From IMG/VR virus record IMGVR_UViG_3300036770_004392, positions 1 to 52,652 of that record: DNA of 52,652 nt; one strand, given 5' to 3'. This document shows, piece after piece, positions 17,792 through 26,869 of this stretch. The stretch is from a virus. Its lineage: Duplodnaviria > Caudoviricetes. Position 1 is the stretch's first letter. Each line of letters opens with the position of its first letter. Below the pieces are notes generated by a model. That model searched no databases and was not told the DNA's origin. It worked only from the letters and a program-made list of their open reading frames with translations. The translations under genes were made by a program, and so were the position numbers.

Positions 17792-19188
17792 TGTAGATGT
17801 TTAGTCATATCAAAAAAATCTGCATATTCCGGAAATGTCTCTACAAAATTTAATTTTCTACGCTCGTCAAATTTACTAAACCATGTATAAAATTTTTTCC
17901 TATCTTCCAATCTATCTTGATTATTATTACGCAAGCTATTAGCTAAATTTTGTAAAAATATAATATATTGGTCCCATCTACCCCAAAAATCACTAACTTC
18001 AGGCATTATACCTGTTCGTTGCTGCATATACTCGATTGCTTCATCAATATATCTAGCAAAATCAGTTGTCAATACAAAAGGACTCTGATGACTAGGATAA
18101 TTCACTACAGCTTGTTTAAGAGATATTGGTCTATTATATTTTTTGTACAAATTTTCAGTGAATTTAATAAAATCTACAGTCGTAGCAATACTTAACGCAT
18201 TAATACTGGAAATAAAACCAAACTCAAAATTAAATTTACTGCCTAGTATTTTATCAAGATTACTGACAAATCTTTCCCAATCTAAACCATTTCTTATATA
18301 TTCTGCCCTATTACCAACTGCTTCCATACTACCTAAAATTTCAACATCAAAATGTTCTGTTAATTTAGGCAAATATTCTAAAAACTTATTCATATAATTT
18401 GGAGGAGTATTTAAATTAGTAACTATCCAAAAAGTCATTCGTTTTTTTCTCAAATGCTTTACAGGTTCGATCGCCAATATAGACTTTTCAACAAATCTAT
18501 AAAATTCAGGCATAATTAAAGGCTCTCCACCAATAGCACCTATTCTTCCTAAATGCAGTTTTACAGTATCAAACCATTTCCAATAATATTCTTCAAATTT
18601 ATCATTCGCTTTTGGAAACTCTCTATCATATTGTTCTTGTGTAATTTCACCATGCTTTATTCTTTCTGTGGCCCATTGTGTACTGTATACATGATTGCAA
18701 TACATACATTTCATATCACAAGTATTACCTAAACTTACTTCAAGCATATAGGGCATATGAGATTTAAGTGCAGGATGATGAATGGATTGTATCTTAGACA
18801 TCTCTACTCTTAATAATTCTTCTGAATAATTCTGATTATAAGGAATAGTTTTAGATCTAAGCAGCTGGTGCCAAAATTTATCAGGATCGTGTCTAGGACT
18901 ACTCATACCTGCATCTTCTAACCCCCAACAACTTCTACAATCTTCATGTCTCTTACCTTGAACCAGAGCCAATCTAGATTGCAACATATCATAATTATTA
19001 AGGAAAGCATCAGTTCCTAATTTTTCTAAAGTAGCTTCCGATACTGGCTTACTAGGAGTACGACAACAACTACGGAATTCGCCACGTTCCATATGAAAGA
19101 TAGGATAGTTCCATTTAAGATCACAGATGGTATTAAATGGGTCAGAGTAATTATCAGAATCTACTATAGGAATAGTTTTTCGTCTCAT
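17788..19188 (-). CDS. N-terminal twitch-domain radical SAM protein
   Basis: ICDLKW...RSCC...CRSCW; CDMKCMYC; IGGEP; VTNL; EYIRNGLDW. Confidence 0.92.
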   Translation of the reverse strand: MRRKTIPIVDSDNYSDPFNTICDLKWNYPIFHMERGEFRSCCRTPSKPVSEATLEKLGTDAFLNNYDMLQSRLALVQGKRHEDCRSCWGLEDAGMSSPRHDPDKFWHQLLRSKTIPYNQNYSEELLRVEMSKIQSIHHPALKSHMPYMLEVSLGNTCDMKCMYCNHVYSTQWATERIKHGEITQEQYDREFPKANDKFEEYYWKWFDTVKLHLGRIGAIGGEPLIMPEFYRFVEKSILAIEPVKHLRKKRMTFWIVTNLNTPPNYMNKFLEYLPKLTEHFDVEILGSMEAVGNRAEYIRNGLDWERFVSNLDKILGSKFNFEFGFISSINALSIATTVDFIKFTENLYKKYNRPISLKQAVVNYPSHQSPFVLTTDFARYIDEAIEYMQQRTGIMPEVSDFWGRWDQYIIFLQNLANSLRNNNQDRLEDRKKFYTWFSKFDERRKLNFVETFPEYADFFDMTKHLQ

Positions 19189-19228
19189 TTTTTTTCCTTA
19201 GTTCTAATTTTAATTAGAATAATATTTT

Positions 19229-20140
19229 TCAATCATTTTCTATTAAGTCTACTCTATTATGCGACTTGTAAACACGTTTGAAAAACTTTGATTGATAACT
19301 ATTAAAAGTTACTATGTCTAATTCTAAATTATTTCTTAACTCTTTTTCTAACCATTCTAAACGATAATCTAAATCAGTTGCAGATCCGTATTCCTTTGTA
19401 TTCCAATACTCAGTAAGATAATCAAAATCTCTTACATTACGATAATCCCAATCTGTTAGATTAGTCATATAACATCCTTCCCTGGCACCCATCATAGCCC
19501 ATAAACCATTTTCCATATCAGCACCAACATTACACCAAATTAATAATCTATGTAGATTCTTCCAATGCACACCTTCTTTTACAGTGACTTTAGTAAGTTT
19601 AGCCCCACGATTAAGGCTCATCTTTACACCTTCTCTAAATCCAGCACGCCAGGCTTGAAATGGTGTAGCATTATTATATACATCACTGTAACAATCGTTC
19701 ATTTGGATATATTTATTATCCCAACAAAAATCAACTTGACCGACTCTATCATCAGGATCTGAGTTTTCATGTGTCTTCATATTCATTACAAAGTCTACAG
19801 TCCAGCATTTTAGTCCACCATTTCCGTACATTAAACCGTTTATGATATTATGTCCGCTCCAACTTATTACACTATTTTCTAATGTAGGATATTTTTCCAT
19901 ATCAATTTCTATATTAAGAAAATCCGTACGAATAATATTATCACCGTCTACTGTGGTAAAACGTGGTGTCTCACTTAACTGAGCACAGGCTTTATGAGCA
20001 CTATCACTACCTTTAACTCCATGAACACGTTTAGCCCAAGGTACTTTGGTCAATAAATCAGCATAATTTTTCTCAGCATTTGGCTCATCATAACTAAGAT
20101 AAATGATATCATACTCAATAGGTCTGAAAGTTTTTGTCAT
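19229..20140 (-). CDS. GT-A-fold glycosyltransferase-like protein
   Basis: YDIIYLSYDEP, FTTVDGD (DxD), AWRAGFREGVKM. Confidence 0.65.
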   Translation of the reverse strand: MTKTFRPIEYDIIYLSYDEPNAEKNYADLLTKVPWAKRVHGVKGSDSAHKACAQLSETPRFTTVDGDNIIRTDFLNIEIDMEKYPTLENSVISWSGHNIINGLMYGNGGLKCWTVDFVMNMKTHENSDPDDRVGQVDFCWDNKYIQMNDCYSDVYNNATPFQAWRAGFREGVKMSLNRGAKLTKVTVKEGVHWKNLHRLLIWCNVGADMENGLWAMMGAREGCYMTNLTDWDYRNVRDFDYLTEYWNTKEYGSATDLDYRLEWLEKELRNNLELDIVTFNSYQSKFFKRVYKSHNRVDLIEND

Positions 20141-20799
20141 GCTTTTGTCTTTATATATTGATATTTGGTAAATAGTTTTCTTGTAAAAATGCTTATCTTT
20201 GTTTCATTATAGTCTATCTCGTCAAAAGGTAAAATACAATAATAGTTTTCTATTAATTCTTTAATTGGAACTGTTAAAGTTTTTATTAAAATATTTGGGT
20301 CATTATAAAGAGTAATATAAAAGTTAAACTCTTTATCAAAGTATAAATTTCTTGCCCTAAAACTATCAGCAAGACTTCCATTTATATATATTTTCCAACA
20401 AGTATCTATATAGTCCTGTATTAAAGTAATATCATTGAAAGGATCATAGATAGTAGGATAGCTAGTACTTGTCCTAAAAGGAATTTGAAATATTACATCT
20501 TGTATGCTCTGCAATACCTCATCTTCTTCGTCTTTTTTAATAAAAACAAAATCCTTTTCGTCAGGACTAAAAACAATCTTATAATTGTCAATATTATCAT
20601 TACCTTCTAATATTGCCTGTACTTGATGAAATTGAACAACTACCGATGGCAAATTATAATCTTGCACACTACTAATAGACTTAATTTCACCAGTATCTTG
20701 AATAAAATGTACAAATCTTTCTGTGTTTACATTAGAATTATATCTACGATTAAATTCTTCCAACTGATCTTCTGTAATATCCCATTCTACTTGTAACAT
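20137..20799 (-). CDS. hypothetical protein
   Basis: 220-aa ORF with ATGA coupling to the downstream gene. Confidence 0.75.
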   Translation of the reverse strand: MLQVEWDITEDQLEEFNRRYNSNVNTERFVHFIQDTGEIKSISSVQDYNLPSVVVQFHQVQAILEGNDNIDNYKIVFSPDEKDFVFIKKDEEDEVLQSIQDVIFQIPFRTSTSYPTIYDPFNDITLIQDYIDTCWKIYINGSLADSFRARNLYFDKEFNFYITLYNDPNILIKTLTVPIKELIENYYCILPFDEIDYNETKISIFTRKLFTKYQYIKTKA

Positions 20800-20801
20800 T
20801 A

Positions 20802-21644
20802 TTAAATTCCTAAATCTTGTTCTAAATGATTAATTATTGTGTCATTTAAAAAACTGTATTCAGTATAATGAAATAAACCAAACTGTTGATAATTTCCTAT
20901 TTTTAATTGACATTTATCGTTAAAATACCCACCAATACTATCTTGCCATGATTCGGTAGGATTTTCCCAACCTTGTAACATTGACTTCATATGTGTAAAC
21001 GTAACGACCGAATCTCTATGTGAAACAATTTCTTCGCAGTCAAGTATTTTAGTAACTAGACTGACTGTAACGTCCATACTAGGTACTTTAGGATAATTTA
21101 AATTAACATATTTTCCGTAAAATAATTCCCAGTTATTATTAATATATTCTACCCAGCTGAAAAAATTCTTGCTAAAGTCAGTTTTTTTAAAATACATAAG
21201 ACCAGAATATAAATCTGGTAATTGATTTGAATCAAAGGCTTTACGATAAAATCTTCCAGTAGCAATACGATTTCTATAGTCCCTTACTGAACTTGTAAAA
21301 AATATTTCGTACTTATCAAGATAAGTCCACCAATGACTTAGATCGGATAATACTAACATATCTGCATCTAAAACTATTGTTTCATCATAAGGACTACAAT
21401 GATAAAGCTTCCATCTATCTTCTGTTTTATAAGTAGTGGTATTTGTATTATTATAATCTCTCCATGGTATTGGAATTATATTATCAAAAACTACTCCATA
21501 TTTTGAAGGTAAATCATTATCAGTAACAATACTAACGTTAGTATCAGGTATATGCTTTTTTAAACTAAGTGCTAGAGCATAGGCACATTTAGTATACTTT
21601 TTAATACCCGAATCTTGAGCAAAGATTAAAAATCCTTTACTCAT
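20802..21644 (-). CDS. nucleotide-diphospho-sugar transferase-like (GT8-like) protein
   Basis: SPYDETIVLDAD (DxD), YSGLMYF. Start MSKGFL at 21644 (ATGAGTAA overlap). Confidence 0.75.
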   Translation of the reverse strand: MSKGFLIFAQDSGIKKYTKCAYALALSLKKHIPDTNVSIVTDNDLPSKYGVVFDNIIPIPWRDYNNTNTTTYKTEDRWKLYHCSPYDETIVLDADMLVLSDLSHWWTYLDKYEIFFTSSVRDYRNRIATGRFYRKAFDSNQLPDLYSGLMYFKKTDFSKNFFSWVEYINNNWELFYGKYVNLNYPKVPSMDVTVSLVTKILDCEEIVSHRDSVVTFTHMKSMLQGWENPTESWQDSIGGYFNDKCQLKIGNYQQFGLFHYTEYSFLNDTIINHLEQDLGI

Positions 21645-22941
21645 TCGCACACTCCTCTATAACCCTTGAAAGACTGAATTTGTTCATAACATGAACATTG
21701 ATGCCTTTAGTTTTTATCAAAGTATATTCTCCCTTATACTTTTCCTTTTCTAGAAGTAATGTAAGTTGCTCTTTATTATGTTTTAAAAGTATGTCCTTAT
21801 CAATAGAATAATACAAAGTACCTGGTAGCTCATGTGCCCAAGATCCAGTTTGATAACCATTCATTATATGGATAGCAATACTAAAAGCAAAATCATTCCT
21901 ATATAAACTGTGATCTATTTGATAAACATATCTATAATAATTCCAGTTATCTTGTATGTGAGATAATAAATTAAAGAAAGTCTCTGTATTTTTATTTTTT
22001 CTAAAATAAAAAACAGTAGCCCAATAAAAATCAATTGATTTGTCACTTAATGTAACTAATCTAGGATCATACCTGAATCCCGAAAGATCGACACTATTTT
22101 TATAAATTAAAAAATCATGAGATTGTTCCCAACAATATTTTAATACATCATTGTTAATTAAATAATCACAATCTATAACCAAGGTTTCATCAAAAGGACT
22201 TAATTCAAAGCTTTTCACACGTATATCATTCTTAAATCTAAGGCGTCTAAAACTCATTGCACCATCAAAATATCTTCTATACTGAGGAGAAGATGAATAA
22301 ACTATCTGAACTTCATTGGTATTTTTCCAAATTTCATTATTAATTTTAACATTTATTTTATCAATATTAGAATTACATAGCCATAGGGTTCTTTCATAAA
22401 GTAATAAATCACCTTTTAAAAAATTTTCAGTACAAGATAATTCTTTAACATTATCTAATATTAAATCATATTTGTCTAAAGAAAATTCCCCATCTTCACT
22501 ATATTCTTCTCTGCATCGATATAATTTGTTTTCGTACCATACATGCTGCCCTGTTAGATAAGGCAAATTTGGATACCATTTGTCAACATCTATTCCAACA
22601 TATTCTTTACTTAAATTTAATTCACTTACATCAAATGGCAAAATATCCTCACCTTCTGCTTCTTTTTTCCAAATAGAATGTTCATAATAAACTAGACTGC
22701 CTACAGGATATCGATAATTTAAATTAAAATTTCCTATATCAGACTGATGAACTACCTTGATCAAGATGTCAAGATAATCTTTATAATTAGGACATTGTTT
22801 GGATAACCAATCAAAACTATCAGTTACCAAAGCTATAGGAATATTCAAATGTTTCTTGACCTGCTTTGCAGCATAAAGAGCTATCTTAGTATAATCAACT
22901 TGCTCGTTATTTAGAGCATATATTAATAAACCTTTACTCAT
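21637..22941 (-). CDS. nucleotide-diphospho-sugar transferase-like (GT8-like) protein with an internal repeat insertion
   Basis: MSKGLLIYA, SPFDETLVIDCD, WATVFYF, RNDFAFSIA. About 150 extra residues relative to paralogue 20802-21644. Confidence 0.72.
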   Translation of the reverse strand: MSKGLLIYALNNEQVDYTKIALYAAKQVKKHLNIPIALVTDSFDWLSKQCPNYKDYLDILIKVVHQSDIGNFNLNYRYPVGSLVYYEHSIWKKEAEGEDILPFDVSELNLSKEYVGIDVDKWYPNLPYLTGQHVWYENKLYRCREEYSEDGEFSLDKYDLILDNVKELSCTENFLKGDLLLYERTLWLCNSNIDKINVKINNEIWKNTNEVQIVYSSSPQYRRYFDGAMSFRRLRFKNDIRVKSFELSPFDETLVIDCDYLINNDVLKYCWEQSHDFLIYKNSVDLSGFRYDPRLVTLSDKSIDFYWATVFYFRKNKNTETFFNLLSHIQDNWNYYRYVYQIDHSLYRNDFAFSIAIHIMNGYQTGSWAHELPGTLYYSIDKDILLKHNKEQLTLLLEKEKYKGEYTLIKTKGINVHVMNKFSLSRVIEECANE

Positions 22942-23287
22942 TATCAATCAAAGCCTCGACCGATCTATTCTTTTTAAGCGATTGATAATTATTATAATAA
23001 CTATTACTAGCAATAAAATATTGGTTAATTATATCTTCTAAGAATTTATTAAGATCATTGATACGGATAGGTAATTCATTATCATCGATAACTACTACAT
23101 CAGTTGTATGATTCAAATCAACCAAGGTTTTTATAAAAGTAATTAGATCCTTAGTAATAGTAAACGTGCCTCCATTTTGATAAAAGACACAATCATTGCG
23201 ATATTTTTCTTTAAGAGATCTTTTCTGATTATTTAGAGTTACCATAAAATTGGCAAACTCGAGAGCTTTTTCTAAGCGTTCATCCAT
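22934..23287 (-). CDS. hypothetical protein following the tail-fibre genes
   Basis: 117 aa, RBS GGAG, coupled to the downstream glycosyltransferase-like gene. Confidence 0.8.
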   Translation of the reverse strand: MDERLEKALEFANFMVTLNNQKRSLKEKYRNDCVFYQNGGTFTITKDLITFIKTLVDLNHTTDVVVIDDNELPIRINDLNKFLEDIINQYFIASNSYYNNYQSLKKNRSVEALIDNE

Positions 23288-23308
23288 ATTTTCTCCGACA
23301 TGATACGG

Positions 23309-23315
23309 TACTTAT
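23309..23315 (-). promoter_or_regulatory. late promoter-like motif ATAAGTA
   Basis: 21 nt upstream of ATG 23287, in one of the few intergenic gaps. Confidence 0.45.
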
Positions 23316-23340
23316 CTTAAGGAGAAAAATGTAAAAAAAT

Positions 23341-24237
23341 TTATGGACCAGAACTTGTAGCGACAGTTGGAGCAGATAAAGTTACTGTAGCACCAGTTGG
23401 AGGTGTAGCTGCTTGAGGTCTATAGGTTTGAATTTTACTGTTTAAAGTTCCATCTACGTTTTCATCAATATTTTCACTTTGATCATCTCGATAAGTAATT
23501 CGCCATGTCATTTGTGTTGCTGTTCCGGAACTATTACTTGCCACATTACATAATGCTTCTACTTGAATATCATTTTGAGAATAAGTTGCACCACCTGTAA
23601 TTGAAAATATAGTTTGATAAGAACTAGTTAAATCATACCAACCTACACTCGAGGCACTTCCTGCAAAGGCAGTAGTCGATTCATAATTGAATCTCATTGG
23701 TCTAAAACTAGCTGTTAAAGCATTCCAAGATACACCTTTAGATGCTGAAAATCCTGACATAGAAGGAGAAAATCTAATCTCCCCTCCAGCATTAAAATAA
23801 TGTCTACCTGCATCAGCACTAGAAAATGTAATAGTTACAATATGTTGTCTAGTACCATTCCATCCTGATATAGATGCAGAAATTGGCTCTTCTAAGGACA
23901 TCTGAGCAGCAGCAGCATTAAATCTAGTACCAGTTAATGATATAATTGCATTTGAATATGCTATCCAATCACTAGCATAAATTACACCTCCAGATGAAAT
24001 TGTAGCTAGAGCAGGATTAAACACAGCATTTGTCTGATGAATAGATATTGACTCTATATCTGCTTTTAAATTTATTATGTGGCTAGCTGCAACATTTGCA
24101 TGTACAGCGACTTGAGAACTAGCCAACGTTTGACCATATCCTCTATCACCCGTTCCATTGCCTAAAATAGTGGCTACTGCACTTTGTAGTCCATTATAAT
24201 CTGCCGCCTCTATAATATTTCCCTGACCAATTGTCAT
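23341..24237 (-). CDS. virion structural / tail-associated protein
   Basis: Ser/Thr/Ala/Gly-rich, low charge, HYFNAGGEIRF; located in the tail module. Confidence 0.65.
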   Translation of the reverse strand: MTIGQGNIIEAADYNGLQSAVATILGNGTGDRGYGQTLASSQVAVHANVAASHIINLKADIESISIHQTNAVFNPALATISSGGVIYASDWIAYSNAIISLTGTRFNAAAAQMSLEEPISASISGWNGTRQHIVTITFSSADAGRHYFNAGGEIRFSPSMSGFSASKGVSWNALTASFRPMRFNYESTTAFAGSASSVGWYDLTSSYQTIFSITGGATYSQNDIQVEALCNVASNSSGTATQMTWRITYRDDQSENIDENVDGTLNSKIQTYRPQAATPPTGATVTLSAPTVATSSGP

Positions 24238-24256
24238 TGTAGATTCCTTAGCTTAT

Positions 24257-25267
24257 TTACAATATCACTGCTTCAACTAATTTTACTCCATCATTAGAAC
24301 TAGATTCTAAAGAAATAGCAAATACATCAGCAGACCCCGGAGGTGCTTTAATTGCTACACCATTAGCACTAGCTACCATTCTGTCTCCTTTTGAAATTAA
24401 TCCTTGAACCCTAGTTGGAACTCGACCTTTTAAAGCTATTAAAGTTCCTCCTTCTAATTGACTATTCATTACATAAGCAGGATGAGCACTTACTACACCT
24501 ATAGCTCTTTGTCCAATATCACTAGCTGTAATTTCTTTTTCGCCACCAATAACTACTACTGTACCTACCTCATATTCTACATCAGCAAGATATTTTTCAG
24601 CTAAGTCAGCATATGTAGATTGTAGTCTAGAACCGCTGCCTAACGACCAATCGCCTGTTATAGTACCAGCTGTAGATGATCCTCCGGTGGTTAATGAAGT
24701 AGTTTGTACACTGGCAAATTGCACATTGCTTGATGTAGTAAGTCCACTACATGTTCCTGTTATAGTTCCACTGGTTAAATCTAAATTTATCCCTGTTTGC
24801 CCTGTAGTATCACCTACCGTTATTCCAGATATTAATCCCTGAACATCTACCCAACTAGGAGCATTACCAGCACCATTAGATTTTAAAACATACCCTGTAG
24901 TACCCGGAGATAAAAACGCTGTCACACTACTATTTGACTGATAAGGAATAGACCCTGTCGATCCTCCTGCTAGACTAGTAGCAGTTGCAGAATTTCCTGT
25001 GCATGATCCAGAGGATCCCGACACATTTCCAGTTACATCTCCTATTAACGCTCCTCTAAATTTAGCAGCATAAAGATCGGCTTGACCGTCCCTGGCTGCA
25101 ATAGTATTTGGATCGGCTGCTATGGAGCTAGCAAAATAAGAAATACCACATAAAAGATAATCAGCATTTGTCGAATTAACCGCTGCACCTACACCAATCA
25201 AAACATCACCGGCTTGTAGTTCTTCTATAGTTGATCCATTTAATACTAAAGGATATCTATTGGCCAT
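24257..25267 (-). CDS. tail fibre/spike protein with C-terminal Peptidase_G2-like intramolecular chaperone
   Basis: Gly/Thr/Ser-rich shaft, then YADLAEKY...GTVVVIGG...GVVS.HPAYVMN...IALKGRVP.RV. Confidence 0.75.
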   Translation of the reverse strand: MANRYPLVLNGSTIEELQAGDVLIGVGAAVNSTNADYLLCGISYFASSIAADPNTIAARDGQADLYAAKFRGALIGDVTGNVSGSSGSCTGNSATATSLAGGSTGSIPYQSNSSVTAFLSPGTTGYVLKSNGAGNAPSWVDVQGLISGITVGDTTGQTGINLDLTSGTITGTCSGLTTSSNVQFASVQTTSLTTGGSSTAGTITGDWSLGSGSRLQSTYADLAEKYLADVEYEVGTVVVIGGEKEITASDIGQRAIGVVSAHPAYVMNSQLEGGTLIALKGRVPTRVQGLISKGDRMVASANGVAIKAPPGSADVFAISLESSSNDGVKLVEAVIL

Positions 25268-25278
25268 TTACTTTTTCC

Positions 25279-26838
25279 TTAATTACTTAATACAGATATA
25301 TCAGCAAAACTACCATCTCTTCTTTTTACACTAAAAGATGATAGAATTTGCCCCCAATAAGGAGCTGAAGTAACACTGCCATTCCCTACCTGGGTAAAAT
25401 ATTTTTTGATTGCTAAACTATTAGGAATCACGAAACCTGTAGTACTAGGAGCAGTTTGATAAGGAACTGCTCCAAATTCTCCTCCTGCTATCTTAGCACC
25501 CCCTAAAATATTTACATTTAAAGTGTTAGTAGCAGAGTTATATATAAAATTCTCATTAACTTTCAGTTCATTATAACCATCTGTAGCCAAAACGAAAGGT
25601 ACATATGTTGTTATAGTTCCTGAATTCACATCTATTTCGACTTTATCTGCTTCCGTTGCTCTTTCTGATAGACCTTTAAACACTCTAGCAGTAATATCAC
25701 CGTCTGCATCTCTGCTTACAATCGAACGCTTGTCTACTGTGCTTGGAGTAAGAATGGATGCAGTAATATAATCTGTATTAACTAATAAAGCATTAGAATT
25801 TGTAGCTACTCCGTTGAAAGCATTTGCCCAGACTACATTAAATTTTCTTGCAGAAGACCCAATGTTATTAACACCTGAAGTACTAGGATCGTTAGATGGT
25901 AAAGCTTTATCATATCCTGGTAGGATATCTTTGCCTACAAACTCTACAGGATACTTCAACCCACTAGAATTTGTAATCACACGTATACTGGAACTAACGC
26001 TGTTTTTGATTATAGGGGTTGTAGCATCAGTGTCTATATAAACTGCTAAATCCTCATCATTACCAACTGTAAACCCTGGGTCATAAAATCTAACTTTTGT
26101 TGGAAATATTGTGTTTATTGCTGTGGCAAAATCCGTATCTTTTTTTCCATTTAATCTCAAACTATTGCTAGCTGTTCCCCATAAACTAAATTTAGGTTCA
26201 TTATCAACACCAAAATCTGTTACACCATAATTAGAAGCAGCAGAACTAGTTTGTTTTGTCCAAGGTAATGTTATTCCTTCTTTTATAACATCAAAAGAGC
26301 TAGAAGTTGTAAGTTGGTTCGGTGCTATTCTAAAATCAGTTTTACTTATAACATACGTTGTCTCATCATTAACAATACATTCAATAATAGCATGATTTCC
26401 GCCATAAATATCTGAAACTACTTTACTTCTCATCTGAGTAGTTCCAAACCCAGCAGCAACTTCTGGACCGATAAGTGTAAAATCAGTGCCATTATTAACG
26501 AATAATTGTTTTGTAGTTGTTTTAAACCACAAATCACCAGCTGTTTGACCTACTGGTTGATCTGGCGAAGCATCGGCTCCAGCTGTCTTCCATGCTACTC
26601 CAGTATAATAATTTAATCTTTTTGTGCTACTATTATACCAAATTTGCCCACTTACAGGTTTAGGCGGTGCTGTTGGATTACTAAAATGCTCAAGTAAGTG
26701 TAAAAAATTCTCGTTTTGAGCTTCCCCATAACCAGCATAATTTTTGCCAATAAGCTTGATATCTAACGTACTATCAATAGTTCCGTCGTCAACAACGGTG
26801 AGCGTTGTTCCATTAAATCTGTCAATACTATATGGCAT
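25279..26838 (-). CDS. tail fibre-like structural protein (paralogue 1)
   Basis: N-terminal LIGKNYAGYG..NENFLHLLE.F...GQIWY...GDLWF...LIGP shared with the next two genes. Confidence 0.75.
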   Translation of the reverse strand: MPYSIDRFNGTTLTVVDDGTIDSTLDIKLIGKNYAGYGEAQNENFLHLLEHFSNPTAPPKPVSGQIWYNSSTKRLNYYTGVAWKTAGADASPDQPVGQTAGDLWFKTTTKQLFVNNGTDFTLIGPEVAAGFGTTQMRSKVVSDIYGGNHAIIECIVNDETTYVISKTDFRIAPNQLTTSSSFDVIKEGITLPWTKQTSSAASNYGVTDFGVDNEPKFSLWGTASNSLRLNGKKDTDFATAINTIFPTKVRFYDPGFTVGNDEDLAVYIDTDATTPIIKNSVSSSIRVITNSSGLKYPVEFVGKDILPGYDKALPSNDPSTSGVNNIGSSARKFNVVWANAFNGVATNSNALLVNTDYITASILTPSTVDKRSIVSRDADGDITARVFKGLSERATEADKVEIDVNSGTITTYVPFVLATDGYNELKVNENFIYNSATNTLNVNILGGAKIAGGEFGAVPYQTAPSTTGFVIPNSLAIKKYFTQVGNGSVTSAPYWGQILSSFSVKRRDGSFADISVLSN

Positions 26839-26860
26839 TCTTTAAACCCCTTATTCTATA

Positions 26861-26867
26861 TATTTAT
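26861..26867 (-). promoter_or_regulatory. late promoter-like motif ATAAATA
   Basis: 22 nt upstream of ATG 26838. Confidence 0.5.
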
Positions 26868-26869
26868 TA

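Noticed and set aside
3105-22941. RiPP precursor peptide for the SPASM/twitch and B12 radical SAM enzymes
   Set aside because: Intergenic gaps in the cluster are only about 1-45 nt and hold no credible small ORF; no RRE/PqqD, peptidase or exporter gene is visible. A precursor elsewhere in the genome cannot be excluded.
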